Positions 44,072 to 55,403 are shown, numbered from the stretch's first letter. The stretch is DNA of 64,000 bases from Gemmatimonadales bacterium (GCA_041741375.1 JBGSKF010000095.1:41-64040), one strand, 5' to 3'. Made by a program: numbers and translations. The notes: generated by a model not told the origin, from the sequence alone.

Positions 44072-46058
44072 ATGGTTCGCCTTCTGGAAGCGCTGTCGAG
44101 TCTTGCCCTTCTCATTGTCCTCCTCACGCTTGGTCGGCGGGCGCAACACACCGGATCGCTCCAGATCCCTGGCCTGGGACACCTACCCGCCACCCTGGTT
44201 TTTGTGGGGATCGGTATCGTGCTGCTTAGTGTGGCCGTGATTCTCTGGCATCGAATCCGGACCGGCGCGCGGTCACTCTGGACGACTCTGCTTCTTCTCC
44301 TCCCCCTTCTGCTCCTGCTCACCACCGTGGTACGGCAGATCGGCGGCGCGACCTTGAGCCGGATCCGGTCGGATGACGGCGCCCATGATTACTTTTACCG
44401 GGAACGGACTCTTGCAGAACGGGACGCTCACGCCTTCGTTCTGCGACTGCTCGCGTCCAGCCTTTCTGCCCGCGTGGATGGACGCACCGAAGTGCGCCCG
44501 ACTCCCGTGGTCGGAACTTGGTTCGTGCCCGAAGGGTTCCAGTTCCACATTGCCCCCCTGACCACGACCACGGCGCACCTGTTCAGTCGACGAAACGGCC
44601 TCATCTGCCGGGCCACCCTGAGTGAGGACTGGCGGCTCATGGGGAGTCAATACGGATTTACCTGTGTGGAAAGCGAATATGCCCCGCGCGGGCCATGGTC
44701 GGAGATCGAACTCATCCAGTCGATCCCTCTGCTGTCCAAGGCGGAGACGCACACTGTCTCGCCATGGCCTCAGTACCGGCGTGTGGGGACCAAGACCGGC
44801 AGTGTGGGATCGAGCGGGGCGTATGCCACGGCACCCTTCTGGTACACAACCATTCAGGGGCAGGCCCGGGCCACTCCAAGCCTCGTGAGCGATGTCGTGC
44901 TGATTGGAACGCATGGCAATGGCGTACTCGAGGCCCGGGACCGGAGAACTGGCCTGCTGCTCTGGCGGCAGCGTGAGCCGAATTGGATCCATCAGGATGC
45001 GGTGTCCGATGGCCGGACCGTCTATGTCGGGTTTGGCGACAATAACCGTTCCTTCAAGGGGGCCGCTCCGTCCGGTGTGGCGGCCCATGACCTTGAAACC
45101 GGAGAGCGACGCTGGGTACGGTTCGCCGACAACTCCGTCATGACCTCCCCGGTGCTCTGGCAGCATCTCGTGGTCTTCGGCGATGCGTCCGGAGCCGTGC
45201 AGGCCGTGAACACGATGGATGGCACGGTGGCCTGCCTGGGAGCACCAGCTTCCCGGCAACCACATCATGGGCCCCCCGGCGGTTGGAGGAGATACCGTCT
45301 TCATCCCTCTCGACCCCAGAGGGCTCTGTGCACTCGACGTGAAAACGGGATACAGGCACTGGTGCATCAAGCTCCCACCCAACGCGGCGCGGGTGGGTCA
45401 TGTGGCTCCCACCTTGACCGGCACTCAAGTCACGGGCAGCGCGACAATACACGTGGAGGATTCGGGGGAACTTCTGTTCGCATTCCGTCTCAGGGCTCTG
45501 CCTCTGCTGTGGTCGTGGTGGACGACGGGAACAAACCCCGTAGCTCCCCGCCAAGCTGTGTATTCCATCTCGAGAGCGAGCGGACGACTCACCTGGTGGC
45601 AGAAACTTGATGAGGGTACGTGCTGCGGACCGGGGAGGTCGGGCCACATGTCCGGCACCCCGGTCATCGTGCCGCACGACAGTTCCCTGGTCGTCGTCTC
45701 CCCCTACGCCGATCGGGTCTACCGCCTCGACGAGGACACCGGCGTCATTCTGGCGCGGAGCGAGCCGACCCCCGTTTTTCCGCGCGGCCCCGCCCTCGTC
45801 GTGGATTCGACTGTCATCGCGGCGGACCGGCAGGGGGTGATTCATGTCCTCGCGACGGATGATTTGCACGAGCGCTGCGCCATCCCGCTCGGTGAGCCGG
45901 TGGACCGGGCCGGCCCCACCCTGGCCGAGGGGGCCTTGCTCATCGCCGGACGGGAGGGGGGACTCTATTCCATCCCCTTGGCCGACGTGCTGCGCTGCAA
46001 CCCGACCCTGTCCAACCGCATCGCCCGGTTGAAGGAGACACCGGCCGAAGGTGGCTGA
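44072..46058 (+). pseudogene. Paralog 2 of the membrane PQQ-like propeller protein, frameshifted by a 4-bp tandem duplication
   Basis: Collinear with paralog 1 through ...AVNTMDGTVA (ORF 44036..45610), then continues in ORF 45219..46058 (WEHQLPGNHIMGPP...). CCTGCCTG at 45231-45238; removing one CCTG restores GTVAWEHQLPG (compare GETRWERHLPG). Confidence 0.7.
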
Positions 46059-46197
46059 TCCGCCCCAGATCGACGCCTGGGCGCCCGCGTTCGGAGCTCC
46101 ACACCTCTGGGAAACCGCCCGTTCCGTTTCCTGCCATTTTGGCACTTTTCTTGGGTACAGCCGTTGCTTGAAGGATCAACGGATGTGCTGCGGGTGG

Positions 46198-46226
46198 TTG
46201 GCAGTTGTGGATGCTGGTGTTATAAC
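46198..46226 (+). promoter_or_regulatory. Putative sigma70-like promoter of dnaK
   Basis: TTGGCA 46198-46203, 17-nt spacer, TATAAC 46221-46226. ATG 46256 is preceded by GAGAGAGA. Confidence 0.45.
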
Positions 46227-46255
46227 TACTTACATTTCAACGAATTGAGAGAGAA

Positions 46256-48178
46256 ATGGCCTCCAAAATCATCGGTATCGACCTGGGTACCACCAACTCG
46301 GTCGTCGCGGTCATGGAGGGCGGGGACCCGGTTGTCATCCCGAATGCGGAGGGAGGCCGGACCACCCCGTCCGTCGTGGCGTTCACCAAGGACGGGGAGC
46401 GCCTCGTGGGCCAGGTGGCCAAGCGTCAGGCCGTCACCAACCCGACGCAGACGATCTTTTCCATCAAGCGGTTCATGGGTCGCATGATGGGGGAGATCAC
46501 CCAGGAAGTGAGCCGGGTGCCCTACAAGGTGAGCACGGGGAAGAACAGCCTCGCCGCCGTGGAGATTGCCGGCAAGTCGTACACGCCCCCCGAGATCTCC
46601 GCGATGATCCTGCAGAAGATGAAGCAGACGGCGGAGGACTATCTCGGCACGACGGTGGACAAGGCGGTCATCACCGTTCCGGCGTATTTCAACGACGCCC
46701 AGCGCCAGGCCACGAAGGATGCCGGAAAGATAGCGGGACTCGAGGTGCTCCGGATCATCAACGAGCCGACCGCCGCGGCCCTGGCCTATGGCCTGGATCG
46801 CAAGAAGGAGGAGAAGATCGCGGTGTTCGACCTCGGGGGCGGCACCTATGACATCTCGATCCTGGAACTCGCCGAGGGGGTGTTCGAGGTGAAGAGCACC
46901 AATGGCGATACCCACCTCGGGGGAGACGATTTCGACCAGCGCCTCATCGACTGGCTGGTGGCCGAGTTCAAGAAGGACCAGGGGATCGATCTCTCCAAGG
47001 ATGCCATGGCCCTGCAGCGACTGAAGGAAGCGGCCGAAAAGGCGAAGATGGAGCTGTCGAGCACCCAGCAGACCGATGTCAACCTCCCCTTCATCACGGC
47101 CGATCAGTCGGGACCGAAGCACCTGAACCTGACCCTCACCCGGGCCAAGTTCGAGCAACTGGTCGAGGATCTGGTCCAGCGGACCATCCCGCCGATGGAG
47201 AAGGCGCTCAAGGATGCGGGGCTCAAGACCAGCGACATCGACGAAGTGATCCTGGTCGGTGGCTCCACCCGGATTCCAAAGATCCAGGAGATCGTCAAGA
47301 CCTTCTTCGGGAAGGAGCCGAATCGCTCGGTGAACCCCGACGAAGTCGTGGCCATTGGCGCCGCCATCCAGGGGGGCGTGTTGGGTGGAGAGGTGAAGGA
47401 CGTGCTGTTGCTCGACGTGACCCCGCTTTCCCTGGGCATCGAGACCCTGGGAGGGGTGACCACCGTTCTGATTCCTCGGAACACCACGATTCCGACCAAG
47501 AAGTCGGAAACGTTCTCGACTGCGGAGGACAACCAGACCACGGTGGAGATCCACGTCCTCCAGGGTGAGCGCCAAATGGCGGTGGACAACCGGACCATCG
47601 GCAAGTTCCAGCTCACCGGCATTCCACCCGCCCCGCGCGGGATGCCGCAGGTGGAGGTGACGTTCGACCTCGATGCCAACGGCATCCTGCACGTGTCCGC
47701 CAAGGACAAGGCAACGTCCAAGGAGCAGAAGATCCGAATCGAGGCCTCCAGCGGGCTTTCCGACGCCGACATCGACAAGATGGTGAAGACGGCGGAGGCG
47801 AACCAGGCCGAGGACAAGGAGCGCCGGGACCAGATCGAAGCGCGCAACCAGCTCGATGGCCTGGTGTACCGGGTGGAGAAGGACAGCAAGGAGTGGGTGG
47901 AGCGCCTGACTCCGGAAGTGAAGGGTCGCCTCGATGGGGCGCTCGAGAGTGGCAAGAGCGCGCTCCGGACCGGGGAGATCGCCGGGATCCGGACCGCCCT
48001 GGACGAACTGAACGCGGCCTACTCCGCTGCGGGAGCGTCGCTGTACGAGGCCTCGACTGCGACCGGGGGTGACGGGGAGGCTCCCTCGGCGAACGCGGGC
48101 CCCGCCGGGGGCGAGGCACCCGCGGAGGATGTCGTCGAGGCGGATTACGAGATCGTGGACGAGAAGAAGCCGTCCTGA
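46256..48178 (+). CDS. dnaK: Molecular chaperone DnaK (Hsp70)
   Basis: [42 protein letters not shown] and the full-length Hsp70 architecture. Confidence 0.98.
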   Translation: MASKIIGIDLGTTNSVVAVMEGGDPVVIPNAEGGRTTPSVVAFTKDGERLVGQVAKRQAVTNPTQTIFSIKRFMGRMMGEITQEVSRVPYKVSTGKNSLAAVEIAGKSYTPPEISAMILQKMKQTAEDYLGTTVDKAVITVPAYFNDAQRQATKDAGKIAGLEVLRIINEPTAAALAYGLDRKKEEKIAVFDLGGGTYDISILELAEGVFEVKSTNGDTHLGGDDFDQRLIDWLVAEFKKDQGIDLSKDAMALQRLKEAAEKAKMELSSTQQTDVNLPFITADQSGPKHLNLTLTRAKFEQLVEDLVQRTIPPMEKALKDAGLKTSDIDEVILVGGSTRIPKIQEIVKTFFGKEPNRSVNPDEVVAIGAAIQGGVLGGEVKDVLLLDVTPLSLGIETLGGVTTVLIPRNTTIPTKKSETFSTAEDNQTTVEIHVLQGERQMAVDNRTIGKFQLTGIPPAPRGMPQVEVTFDLDANGILHVSAKDKATSKEQKIRIEASSGLSDADIDKMVKTAEANQAEDKERRDQIEARNQLDGLVYRVEKDSKEWVERLTPEVKGRLDGALESGKSALRTGEIAGIRTALDELNAAYSAAGASLYEASTATGGDGEAPSANAGPAGGEAPAEDVVEADYEIVDEKKPS

Positions 48179-48317
48179 CGCACCAGCCGAGGCGACGCTT
48201 GCCGGTCGCCGGGCATCTGAAGTCCGGGAACAACCTCCGGCCCGAATCCTTCCCCGGGGGTTGTTCGTCAGGGTACTATTGTGAGGGATCGTGGTCTTCC
48301 TTCAGCAGGCAGGTACT

Positions 48318-49892
48318 ATGTCCGTTCGTTCACGCAATTGGCTCAAGTTCGGTGGGCTGGTGGGGCTGGCGTTCGCCCTGGGATTGCTCTTCGCGGGGCT
48401 GCTGGACCTCCCGAGCTCGGGAGTTGCCCAGCAGCAGGCCACTCCGGTGCTCCCCGCGAGGGGGGACCTCCGCTCTTCCCCGATCGATGGCACGCAGCCC
48501 CTCACCACACTCAGCGATGCCTTTGCCGCCGTGGTGGAGCATGTCCGGCCCAGCGTGGTGTACATCACCTCCATGCGGACCGGCACGACCACGGCTCGAC
48601 GGGTTCCCCCCGGGTTCGAGCAGTTCTTCCAGAGACAGGAGCCCCAGGTGGAACGGGGGAGCGGATCGGGTTTCATCGTCTCCAATGATGGCTACATCCT
48701 GACCAACAACCATGTCGTGGAAAATGCCGAGCGGGTTCAGGTCCGGCTGCTCGACCGCCGCGAATTCACGGCCAAGGTGATCGGCTCCGATCCAACGACC
48801 GATGTGGCCGTCCTGAAGATCGACGCCACGGGACTCACCCCCGCGACGCTCGGCCAGAGCGAGTCGGCCCGGGTGGGCGAATGGGTTCTGGCCATCGGCA
48901 ATCCGCTGGGTGAGGGACTCACCTTCACCGTGACCAGCGGGATCGTCAGCGCCAAGGGACGGGGAGCCCTGGGGCTCGGCAACAACGCGGGCCTCGGGAT
49001 CCAGGATTTCATCCAGACCGACGCCGCGATCAACCCGGGCAACTCGGGAGGGCCGCTCGTCAATGTGCGCGGCGAGGTGATCGGGATCAACTCGGCGATC
49101 GCCAGCCAGACCGGCTACAACGTGGGCTACGGATTCGCCATCCCGATCGACCTGGCGAACAACGTCATGTCCCAATTGATCGCCACCGGCAAGGTGCAGC
49201 GGTCGGTGCTCGGAGTGAGCGTCCAGGATGTGACGGAGGAAGCGGCGGAGTATGCCGGTCTCGACCGTATCCATGGCGTGATCGTCCAAGGATTTACCGG
49301 CACCAACTCTCCGGCCGAGCGGGCCGGTCTGGAGCGGGGAGACATCATCGTGTCGGTGGACGGGCAGCCGGTGGACTACATCGCCCAGCTGCAGCAGATG
49401 GTCGGGTTCCGCAAGCCCGGCGAGGTGGTCCGGGTCGAGGTGGCGCGCCGGAATGGCGCCCGGAAAACCTACCAGATCCGGCTCACCGCCCAGGATCCCG
49501 AGGAGCTTGCCTCGGGTGCCCAACCGGCCGAGGACCGTGGGTCACCCTCCCGGGACGGGAGCGAACTGAGCCGTCTGGGGATCCGGATGGAGTCGCTCAC
49601 GCCGGAATGGACCCGCAACCTGCGGCTGCCGGCGTCCGTCCGGGCGGGAGTGGTGGTGACCTCGATCACGCCCGGGGGACCCGCCGAGCGGGCACGTCTG
49701 ATCCCCGCTGACAGAGGTGTGACCCCGGACATCATCACCGAGGTGGATGGATCGCCGGTTCGGAACGAGGCCGAACTGCGCGCGGCCCTGCAGAACGCGA
49801 GCGGGATCGTGGCCCTCACCGTGTACAACCGGGGCGCCAACGAGGGCTTGGGAGAGTCCCGGGTGGCCTACATCCGCCTCGACCCGAAGTAA
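48318..49892 (+). CDS. htrA: HtrA/DegP-family serine protease with two PDZ domains
   Basis: ATG 48318 gives an N-terminal TM/signal. Catalytic TNNHVV (His), DVAVLKI (Asp), GNSGGPL (Ser). Two PDZ-like segments. Confidence 0.92.
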   Translation: MSVRSRNWLKFGGLVGLAFALGLLFAGLLDLPSSGVAQQQATPVLPARGDLRSSPIDGTQPLTTLSDAFAAVVEHVRPSVVYITSMRTGTTTARRVPPGFEQFFQRQEPQVERGSGSGFIVSNDGYILTNNHVVENAERVQVRLLDRREFTAKVIGSDPTTDVAVLKIDATGLTPATLGQSESARVGEWVLAIGNPLGEGLTFTVTSGIVSAKGRGALGLGNNAGLGIQDFIQTDAAINPGNSGGPLVNVRGEVIGINSAIASQTGYNVGYGFAIPIDLANNVMSQLIATGKVQRSVLGVSVQDVTEEAAEYAGLDRIHGVIVQGFTGTNSPAERAGLERGDIIVSVDGQPVDYIAQLQQMVGFRKPGEVVRVEVARRNGARKTYQIRLTAQDPEELASGAQPAEDRGSPSRDGSELSRLGIRMESLTPEWTRNLRLPASVRAGVVVTSITPGGPAERARLIPADRGVTPDIITEVDGSPVRNEAELRAALQNASGIVALTVYNRGANEGLGESRVAYIRLDPK

Positions 49893-49899
49893 CGGGTAC

Positions 49900-50241
49900 C
49901 TACTTCTTGGGAGGGACCTCTATGCCGTTGGCCGAGGCCACCGAATCCCAGGCGGACCATCCCCAGCCTGTGAGCTGGCCATCCACCACCACGAGAGGGG
50001 TCAGGGACCGTGGGGCGGACTCGGCCAGCTCCTGGGCGGATTGCCCCTCCCGGGCGTACAGCAACGCTTCGATGTAGTGTCCGTTGACGAGGTAGGGAAG
50101 TTCGTGGGGCTGGGCGGCGCCCATGACCGCCTGGGCGCTATCTTTGGTGATCCCGACCGTCAGCGCACCGGTGCGGGGATCGGACGAGGAACAGGCGGCA
50201 GTGACCAGCAGGGCTGCGGCACAGAATGTGGAGCGTGACAC
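49900..50241 (-). CDS. Small lipoprotein, weakly BamE/SmpA-OmlA-like
   Basis: GTG 50241 (GGAG 9 nt upstream) gives (M)SRSTFCAAALLVTAACSS. GITKDSAQAVMGAAQP resembles the BamE motif. The ORF could also start at TTG 50280. Confidence 0.5.
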   Translation of the reverse strand: MSRSTFCAAALLVTAACSSSDPRTGALTVGITKDSAQAVMGAAQPHELPYLVNGHYIEALLYAREGQSAQELAESAPRSLTPLVVVDGQLTGWGWSAWDSVASANGIEVPPKK

Positions 50242-50352
50242 GGTGTACTCCGGGGACAAAGGGTCATGGCACCGGGGCAACCGGCAGGCCGCCCCGAGGG
50301 AAACCTAATCGCGGGGGGAAGTGAACGGCGTCCCGGCGACCTCAACCAGGAA

Positions 50353-50745
50353 ATGGCGACCCACGTGCCAGGCGAACCTCCCGACCGGGATGAGGTCCTC
50401 GATCCCTCCATCCTGGAAAGCTACCGTCTGCTTCAAGAAGACGGCGAACCGGACCTGATCACCGAGTTGGTCGATGCCTTCCTGGCAGACCTCGAGGAGC
50501 GGATCCAGGTCATCCGCCATGCGATCGCCCGGGGAGATCCTGCCGCGCTTCGATCCGCGGCCCACGCCCTCAAGGGAAGCGCCGGGACCGTGGGGGCCAC
50601 AGGGCTCGCCTTGCGCTGCGGGGAGCTGGAGGCTGCGGGGCGCGAGTGCCGCCTGGAAGGGGCAGATTGTCTCCTGAAAGAACTCGCCGAGCTGATCCCG
50701 GGCGTCATGGTGGCGCTCACCGGCCTTCGGAAAACCGACCCCTGA
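50353..50745 (+). CDS. Hpt (histidine phosphotransfer) domain protein
   Basis: AAHALKGSAGTVGA contains the phosphorylatable His in the canonical HxxKG context. 130 aa four-helix-bundle size. Confidence 0.8.
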   Translation: MATHVPGEPPDRDEVLDPSILESYRLLQEDGEPDLITELVDAFLADLEERIQVIRHAIARGDPAALRSAAHALKGSAGTVGATGLALRCGELEAAGRECRLEGADCLLKELAELIPGVMVALTGLRKTDP

Positions 50746-50807
50746 GGGAGCCGCGCGGAGCCCGGGCAACCTCCCGCCGGAACCGATGTAGTTTTCATTC
50801 CGCGCAG

Positions 50808-50889
50808 GCGAACGTGGCGAAACTGGCAGACGCGCAGGACTTAGGATCCTGTGGGGCAACCCATCCGGGTTCGACTCCCGGCGTTCGCA
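50808..50889 (+). tRNA. tRNA-Leu (anticodon UAG), type II with long variable arm, no encoded CCA
   Basis: GCGAACG/CGTTCGC acceptor, D-arm GCG-AAACTGGCAGA-CGC, anticodon stem CAGGA/TCCTG with loop CTTAGGA, variable arm TGGGGCAACCCAT, T-arm CCGGG-TTCGACT-CCCGG, discriminator A. Confidence 0.92.
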
Positions 50890-51342
50890 TCAGGAGGTTC
50901 GGTCGGTCCGGGAGCTCGAGGGTGGAGCGGATCGGTGAATGGCCAGGCGCACCGAGTCGATGAGCAACTCCAGATCATCCAGCTTGGAGTGGAGCGGAGC
51001 ATCGAGCTTCTCCGCCATCTGCTGCACCACACCCTCCTCGGCCACTCCGGTGAAGAACACGAGACGACCCCGCAAATCGGGTCGAATCTCGAGTAGGAGA
51101 GGGTGCAAGTGCTCGCCTCCGAGGGAGGTGGGCATGAGGATATCGAGAATCACGGCGTCTATCGGTCCGGACTCCCGGGCGATGGCCAGGGCCTCGTCTC
51201 CGCCCGATGCCTCGACCACGTGGAAACCGGCGCGTTCCAGCGTGCGACGGACCACCGACCGCACTGCGGGCTCATCATCCACGAGGAGAACCGTCGGTGG
51301 AGAACCTTTCCCGCGGGTTCCGGGTGTCCGGGAGAGTGGCAT
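50890..51342 (-). CDS. Single-domain response regulator (receiver)
   Basis: VLLVDDEPAVR (acidic pocket), AVILDILMP (phospho-accepting Asp), FFTG. The stop codon abuts the 3' end of the tRNA. Confidence 0.8.
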   Translation of the reverse strand: MPLSRTPGTRGKGSPPTVLLVDDEPAVRSVVRRTLERAGFHVVEASGGDEALAIARESGPIDAVILDILMPTSLGGEHLHPLLLEIRPDLRGRLVFFTGVAEEGVVQQMAEKLDAPLHSKLDDLELLIDSVRLAIHRSAPPSSSRTDRTS

Positions 51343-51427
51343 GTGTCAGTAAAGCTACGCCAATTCCTCCCCGGGCGAAACTGGCAAATTGACCCCCTTC
51401 GTGGGAACCGGGTAGATTTGTTCCCCT

Positions 51428-52681
51428 ATGACTGATATCCAGGTTCAGAAGACCGGTGAAGACCTCGCGTCCCGCTCGTTGCAGATCACGATCCCCGTGG
51501 ACCGCGTTGCCGCCGCCGAGGCCCACGCTGTGCAGCAGTACACCCGCCGGGCCCGTATCCCGGGTTTTCGACCGGGAAAGGCCCCCGAGGCCGTCATCCG
51601 CAAGCGGTTCAGCTCCGAGATCCGGGAATCGGCCCTGCAGGAGGTTCTGCGGGCCGGCTGGGAACGGGCCAAGGAATCCGAGTCTCTTGCTCCAATAGCC
51701 GACCCCTCGATCCGGAACCTCAAGTATGAGGACGGTCAGCCGGTGGAGTTCGAACTGCTGGTCGAGGTTCAGCCGAAGCTGACTCTCGGGACAACGGGCG
51801 GATTCACGGTCACCCGCACCCTCCCCACTGTCAGTGATGACCAGGTTGGGGAGCAGATCGAGAAGATTCGGGAAGAGAAGGCGGCCTGGATCCCGGTGGA
51901 GGGAGAGCGCCCCGGTCCGGGGCACATGGTCCGGGTTGAGGTTGCTCCCCTCGAGGAGGGCACGGCCCACGAGGCCAAGCCCTACACGATGGTCCTCGGC
52001 TCGGGGCAGGCAATTCCCGACCTGGAGGAGAAGATCATGCACCTCCTCCCCGGGGAGCAGGTGGAGACCGAGGTCCGCTTTCCGGATGATTTTGCGGATG
52101 AAACGCGCCGGGGCCAGACCCGACGGGTACGAATCGTGCTGCACGACGTGAAGCGGCAGGAACTTCCTCCCCTGGACGACTCGTTCGCCCGGGAACTGGG
52201 GGAGTTTGACTCCCTGGAGGCCGTACGGGCCGCGGTCCGCGCCGACCTGGAGGCTGAGGCCTCCCGGAGTGCGGATGCCGAGGTCCGGGCCCAGTTGATC
52301 CGGCAGATTGCGGAGACGAACCGGGTCGAGGCACCGCGAGCCATGGTGGAGCGGGTTCTGGGGGCCTTTGCCCGGGCCTACGAGGTTCCGGAGGACCGGT
52401 TCGAGACCTTTGCGCAACAGTTCGCTCCCATCGCGTCGGAGCGGGTGGTCCGCGACCTGATCCTCGGAGCGGTGGCGGAAGCGGAATCCCTGAGGGCCAC
52501 GGAGGAGGATATCGATGCCCGGGTGGCTCACATCGCGGAGGGTCGGGGTGTCCCGGCGGGCCAGGTCTATGCCTCGCTCCAGAAGGCCAACCGTTTGGCC
52601 GAAATAGAAATGTCCGTGACGGAAGAGAAGGTCTTCGCCTTCCTCCTGTCCACGTCCACCGTGACCGAGGTCGCTTCGTGA
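51428..52681 (+). CDS. tig: Trigger factor
   Basis: N-terminal ribosome-binding signature [10 protein letters not shown]; 417 aa; followed by clpP-clpX. Confidence 0.95.
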   Translation: MTDIQVQKTGEDLASRSLQITIPVDRVAAAEAHAVQQYTRRARIPGFRPGKAPEAVIRKRFSSEIRESALQEVLRAGWERAKESESLAPIADPSIRNLKYEDGQPVEFELLVEVQPKLTLGTTGGFTVTRTLPTVSDDQVGEQIEKIREEKAAWIPVEGERPGPGHMVRVEVAPLEEGTAHEAKPYTMVLGSGQAIPDLEEKIMHLLPGEQVETEVRFPDDFADETRRGQTRRVRIVLHDVKRQELPPLDDSFARELGEFDSLEAVRAAVRADLEAEASRSADAEVRAQLIRQIAETNRVEAPRAMVERVLGAFARAYEVPEDRFETFAQQFAPIASERVVRDLILGAVAEAESLRATEEDIDARVAHIAEGRGVPAGQVYASLQKANRLAEIEMSVTEEKVFAFLLSTSTVTEVAS

Positions 52682-53301
52682 CGACGTCCGCCCTGTATCC
52701 GCCCTACATCATCGAACGGTCGAGCCGGGGAGAGCGCACCTACGACATCTTCTCGCGCCTCCTGATGGATCGGATCGTGTTCCTCGGCGCGCCGATCAAC
52801 GACGACGTGGCGAACATCATCATCGCCCAGTTGCTCTTTCTCGATGCGGACAACGCGGAGAAGGACATCTACCTCTACATCAACTCCCCCGGGGGTGTGG
52901 TGTCGAGCGGGATGGCGATCTACGACACCATGCAGCACCTGCGGGCTCCGATCAACACGATCTGCATGGGGATGGCCGCCTCGATGGGGTCCTTCCTCCT
53001 GGCAGCCGGGCGGGCGGGCAAGCGCAGCGCCCTGCCCCACGCTCGGCTCATGATCCACCAGCCGTCGGGCGGCACCCAGGGAACCGCGGCGGACATCGAG
53101 ATCCAGGCACGGGAAATTCTCTACCTTCGGCGCCGGATCAACGAGCTCTACGCTCACCACACGGGGCAGACGGTGGAGACGATCGAGAAGGACATGGACC
53201 GGGACCGGTTCATGAGCGCGGAAGAGGCGAAGGACTACGGCCTCATCGACACCGTGTTCACACCCCGGGCCGCGCCGGCATCCGGAGGCAAGACACCTTG
53301 A
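52678..53301 (+). CDS. clpP: ATP-dependent Clp protease proteolytic subunit
   Basis: [38 protein letters not shown] (Ser), MIHQPSGG (His). Confidence 0.98.
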   Translation: MTTSALYPPYIIERSSRGERTYDIFSRLLMDRIVFLGAPINDDVANIIIAQLLFLDADNAEKDIYLYINSPGGVVSSGMAIYDTMQHLRAPINTICMGMAASMGSFLLAAGRAGKRSALPHARLMIHQPSGGTQGTAADIEIQAREILYLRRRINELYAHHTGQTVETIEKDMDRDRFMSAEEAKDYGLIDTVFTPRAAPASGGKTP

Positions 53302-53362
53302 CGGGACGGCGGGAGTGGCAGCACCTTCCGGCACCCCTCAGTGATTGGCGGCGGTGACCTCC

Positions 53363-54610
53363 ATGTCCACCGACAAGCATCTGCGCTGCTCCTTCTGCGG
53401 AAAGTCCAAGGACTCGGTCCGGAAATTCATCTCGGGGCCGTCCGTGTACATCTGCAACGAGTGCATCACGCTCTGCAACGAGATCCTGGCGGAGGACGAG
53501 GAGCGGGAGGTCATTGACCGGATCACCCAGGTCCCGATCCCCGCGGAGATCAAGGCCACTCTCGATGAGTATGTGGTGGGACAGGAACGGGCCAAGCGCA
53601 CGCTGGCCGTGGCCGTCTACAATCACTACAAGCGGATCAACGCGGCCGGCAACCGGGATGGCGGCGTCGAGCTCGACAAGTCCAACATCCTTCTCATCGG
53701 CCCCACCGGGGTGGGCAAGACCCTCCTGGCCCAGACCCTCGCCCGCATCCTCGACGTGCCCTTCACCATCGCCGACGCCACGACGCTGACCGAGGCGGGC
53801 TATGTCGGGGAGGACGTGGAGAACATCCTGGTCCGGTTGCTCCAGGCCGGGGAGTTCAACGTGTCCGAGTGCGAACGCGGCATCGTCTACATCGACGAGA
53901 TCGACAAGATCGCGCGGAAGAGCGAGAACCCGAGCATCACGCGCGACGTGAGCGGCGAGGGAGTCCAGCAGGCGCTTCTGAAGATCCTGGAGGGCACGGT
54001 GGCCTCCGTTCCGCCGCAGGGCGGGCGCAAGCATCCCCAGCAGGAATACATCCAGATCAACACGAAGGACATCCTGTTCATCTGTGGCGGAGCCTTCGAT
54101 GGCTTGGAGAAGATCATCGAGGCCCGGCTCGGTCGGCAGCAGATCGGGTTTGCCACCGGTGCCGACGCCGACGTGGTCGAGTTCGACGCGGGGACTCCGT
54201 ACGCCAACGTCGAGCCGGACGATCTCCTCCATTTCGGTCTCATCCCGGAGCTGGTGGGCCGCCTCCCGGTGCTGGTGGCGCTGGATTCGCTCGACGAGGA
54301 CGCCCTGGTGCAGATCCTGCTCGAGCCGAAGAACGCGCTCACCAAGCAATACACCAAGCTCTTCGACATGGAGAAGGTCGGGCTGACCTTCGCCCCCGAG
54401 GCGCTGCGGGCCCTGGCGCGTCTCGCGATCAAGCGACGGACCGGGGCGCGCGGCCTTCGCGCCATCCTGGAAACGGTCATGACGGACATCATGTTCGATC
54501 TCCCGTCGCGGGACGATGTGCGCGAGGTGGTCATCACACCGGAGTCGATCACGGAGCGAACCACGCCCCTGATCATCACGGAACGGCCGCGCGCCAAGCG
54601 CGAGGCCTGA
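53363..54610 (+). CDS. clpX: ATP-dependent Clp protease ATP-binding subunit ClpX
   Basis: Zinc-binding CSFCGK...CNEC, Walker [26 protein letters not shown] 53363 preferred over TTG 53345. Confidence 0.98.
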   Translation: MSTDKHLRCSFCGKSKDSVRKFISGPSVYICNECITLCNEILAEDEEREVIDRITQVPIPAEIKATLDEYVVGQERAKRTLAVAVYNHYKRINAAGNRDGGVELDKSNILLIGPTGVGKTLLAQTLARILDVPFTIADATTLTEAGYVGEDVENILVRLLQAGEFNVSECERGIVYIDEIDKIARKSENPSITRDVSGEGVQQALLKILEGTVASVPPQGGRKHPQQEYIQINTKDILFICGGAFDGLEKIIEARLGRQQIGFATGADADVVEFDAGTPYANVEPDDLLHFGLIPELVGRLPVLVALDSLDEDALVQILLEPKNALTKQYTKLFDMEKVGLTFAPEALRALARLAIKRRTGARGLRAILETVMTDIMFDLPSRDDVREVVITPESITERTTPLIITERPRAKREA

Positions 54611-54621
54611 ACCTCGCCGAC

Positions 54622-55251
54622 GTGGCCTTTCCTCCCTCCCGGCTGACAACCCAGGCAGTCACCTTTCGGGGCAGTTTTGCCGATCCCCGGCAGGCTCTCG
54701 ACCCGGTACTTCCGGAGGTGGCCTTCGTGGGGCGGTCCAACGTGGGCAAGTCGAGCCTGCTGAATGCCCTGGTCGGCCGGAAGCAGTTGGCCCGGGTGAG
54801 CGGCACCCCGGGCAAGACCCAGCTGATGAACGTGTTCCACCTCCCCGGACTGTATCTGGTCGACCTTCCGGGCTACGGCTATGCGCGTGCGTCCCGCGAC
54901 GCCCGGGCCGAGTTTCGGCGGCTGGTCGACGCGTACCTGAGGACGCGGGAGACTCTGGCCGGGGTCGTGTGGCTGCTCGATGTGAGGCACCCACCTTCCG
55001 CCGAGGACCGGGCCATGCAGGAGCTGCTGATCGAGGCGGAACGGCCGATCCTCGCCGCGCTCACCAAGATCGACAAGTTCGCTCCCCGGCGGCGGCGGGA
55101 GGCGATCCTGGAGCGCAGCACGGAGCTCGGCCTCCCGCCGTCGGAAGTGCTCCCGGTGAGCAGCGAGACGGGCGAAGGCATCGCCGATCTGGGGGAGAGT
55201 CTCCTGGCGCTGGCGGATCAGTCGGTGGGAGAGGTCACCGACCCATCGTGA
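54622..55251 (+). CDS. engB: Ribosome-biogenesis GTPase YihA/EngB
   Basis: GRSNVGKSSLLNAL (G1), SGTPGKTQ, DLPGYGYA (G3), TKIDK (G4). The GTG 54622 start is inferred, as there is no in-frame ATG. Confidence 0.85.
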   Translation: MAFPPSRLTTQAVTFRGSFADPRQALDPVLPEVAFVGRSNVGKSSLLNALVGRKQLARVSGTPGKTQLMNVFHLPGLYLVDLPGYGYARASRDARAEFRRLVDAYLRTRETLAGVVWLLDVRHPPSAEDRAMQELLIEAERPILAALTKIDKFAPRRRREAILERSTELGLPPSEVLPVSSETGEGIADLGESLLALADQSVGEVTDPS

Positions 55252-55403
55252 TGCCTCCCCGACGTGGAGAGGCCGCGATCTCAGGATGGGACCGTCGCCC
55301 GGTCAGAACCGGGACAGACGCGAGGGACGGTCGGGATCTCCGTGCTTGCACTCACCGCATGGCGGGGTAGGTTTCCGGCATCTTTCACCGGTGCCGTGTC
55401 TCG

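Noticed and set aside
46139-46155. Sigma54-like element TTGGCACTTTTCTTGGG about 100 nt upstream of dnaK
   Set aside because: The -12 element is TTGG rather than TTGC, no enhancer-binding protein is nearby, and a better sigma70-like promoter (46198-46226) lies closer to the gene.
50700-51000. Integrase or prophage junction at tRNA-Leu
   Set aside because: No recombinase gene, no direct repeat of the tRNA 3' end, and no compositional break. The flanking genes are ordinary core genes.
51389-51427. Leaderless-type promoter for tig (TTGACC, 18 nt, TAGATT)
   Set aside because: The elements are plausible, but the -10 ends 9 nt before the ATG, so the geometry differs from the TA promoters. Support is too weak to report as a feature.
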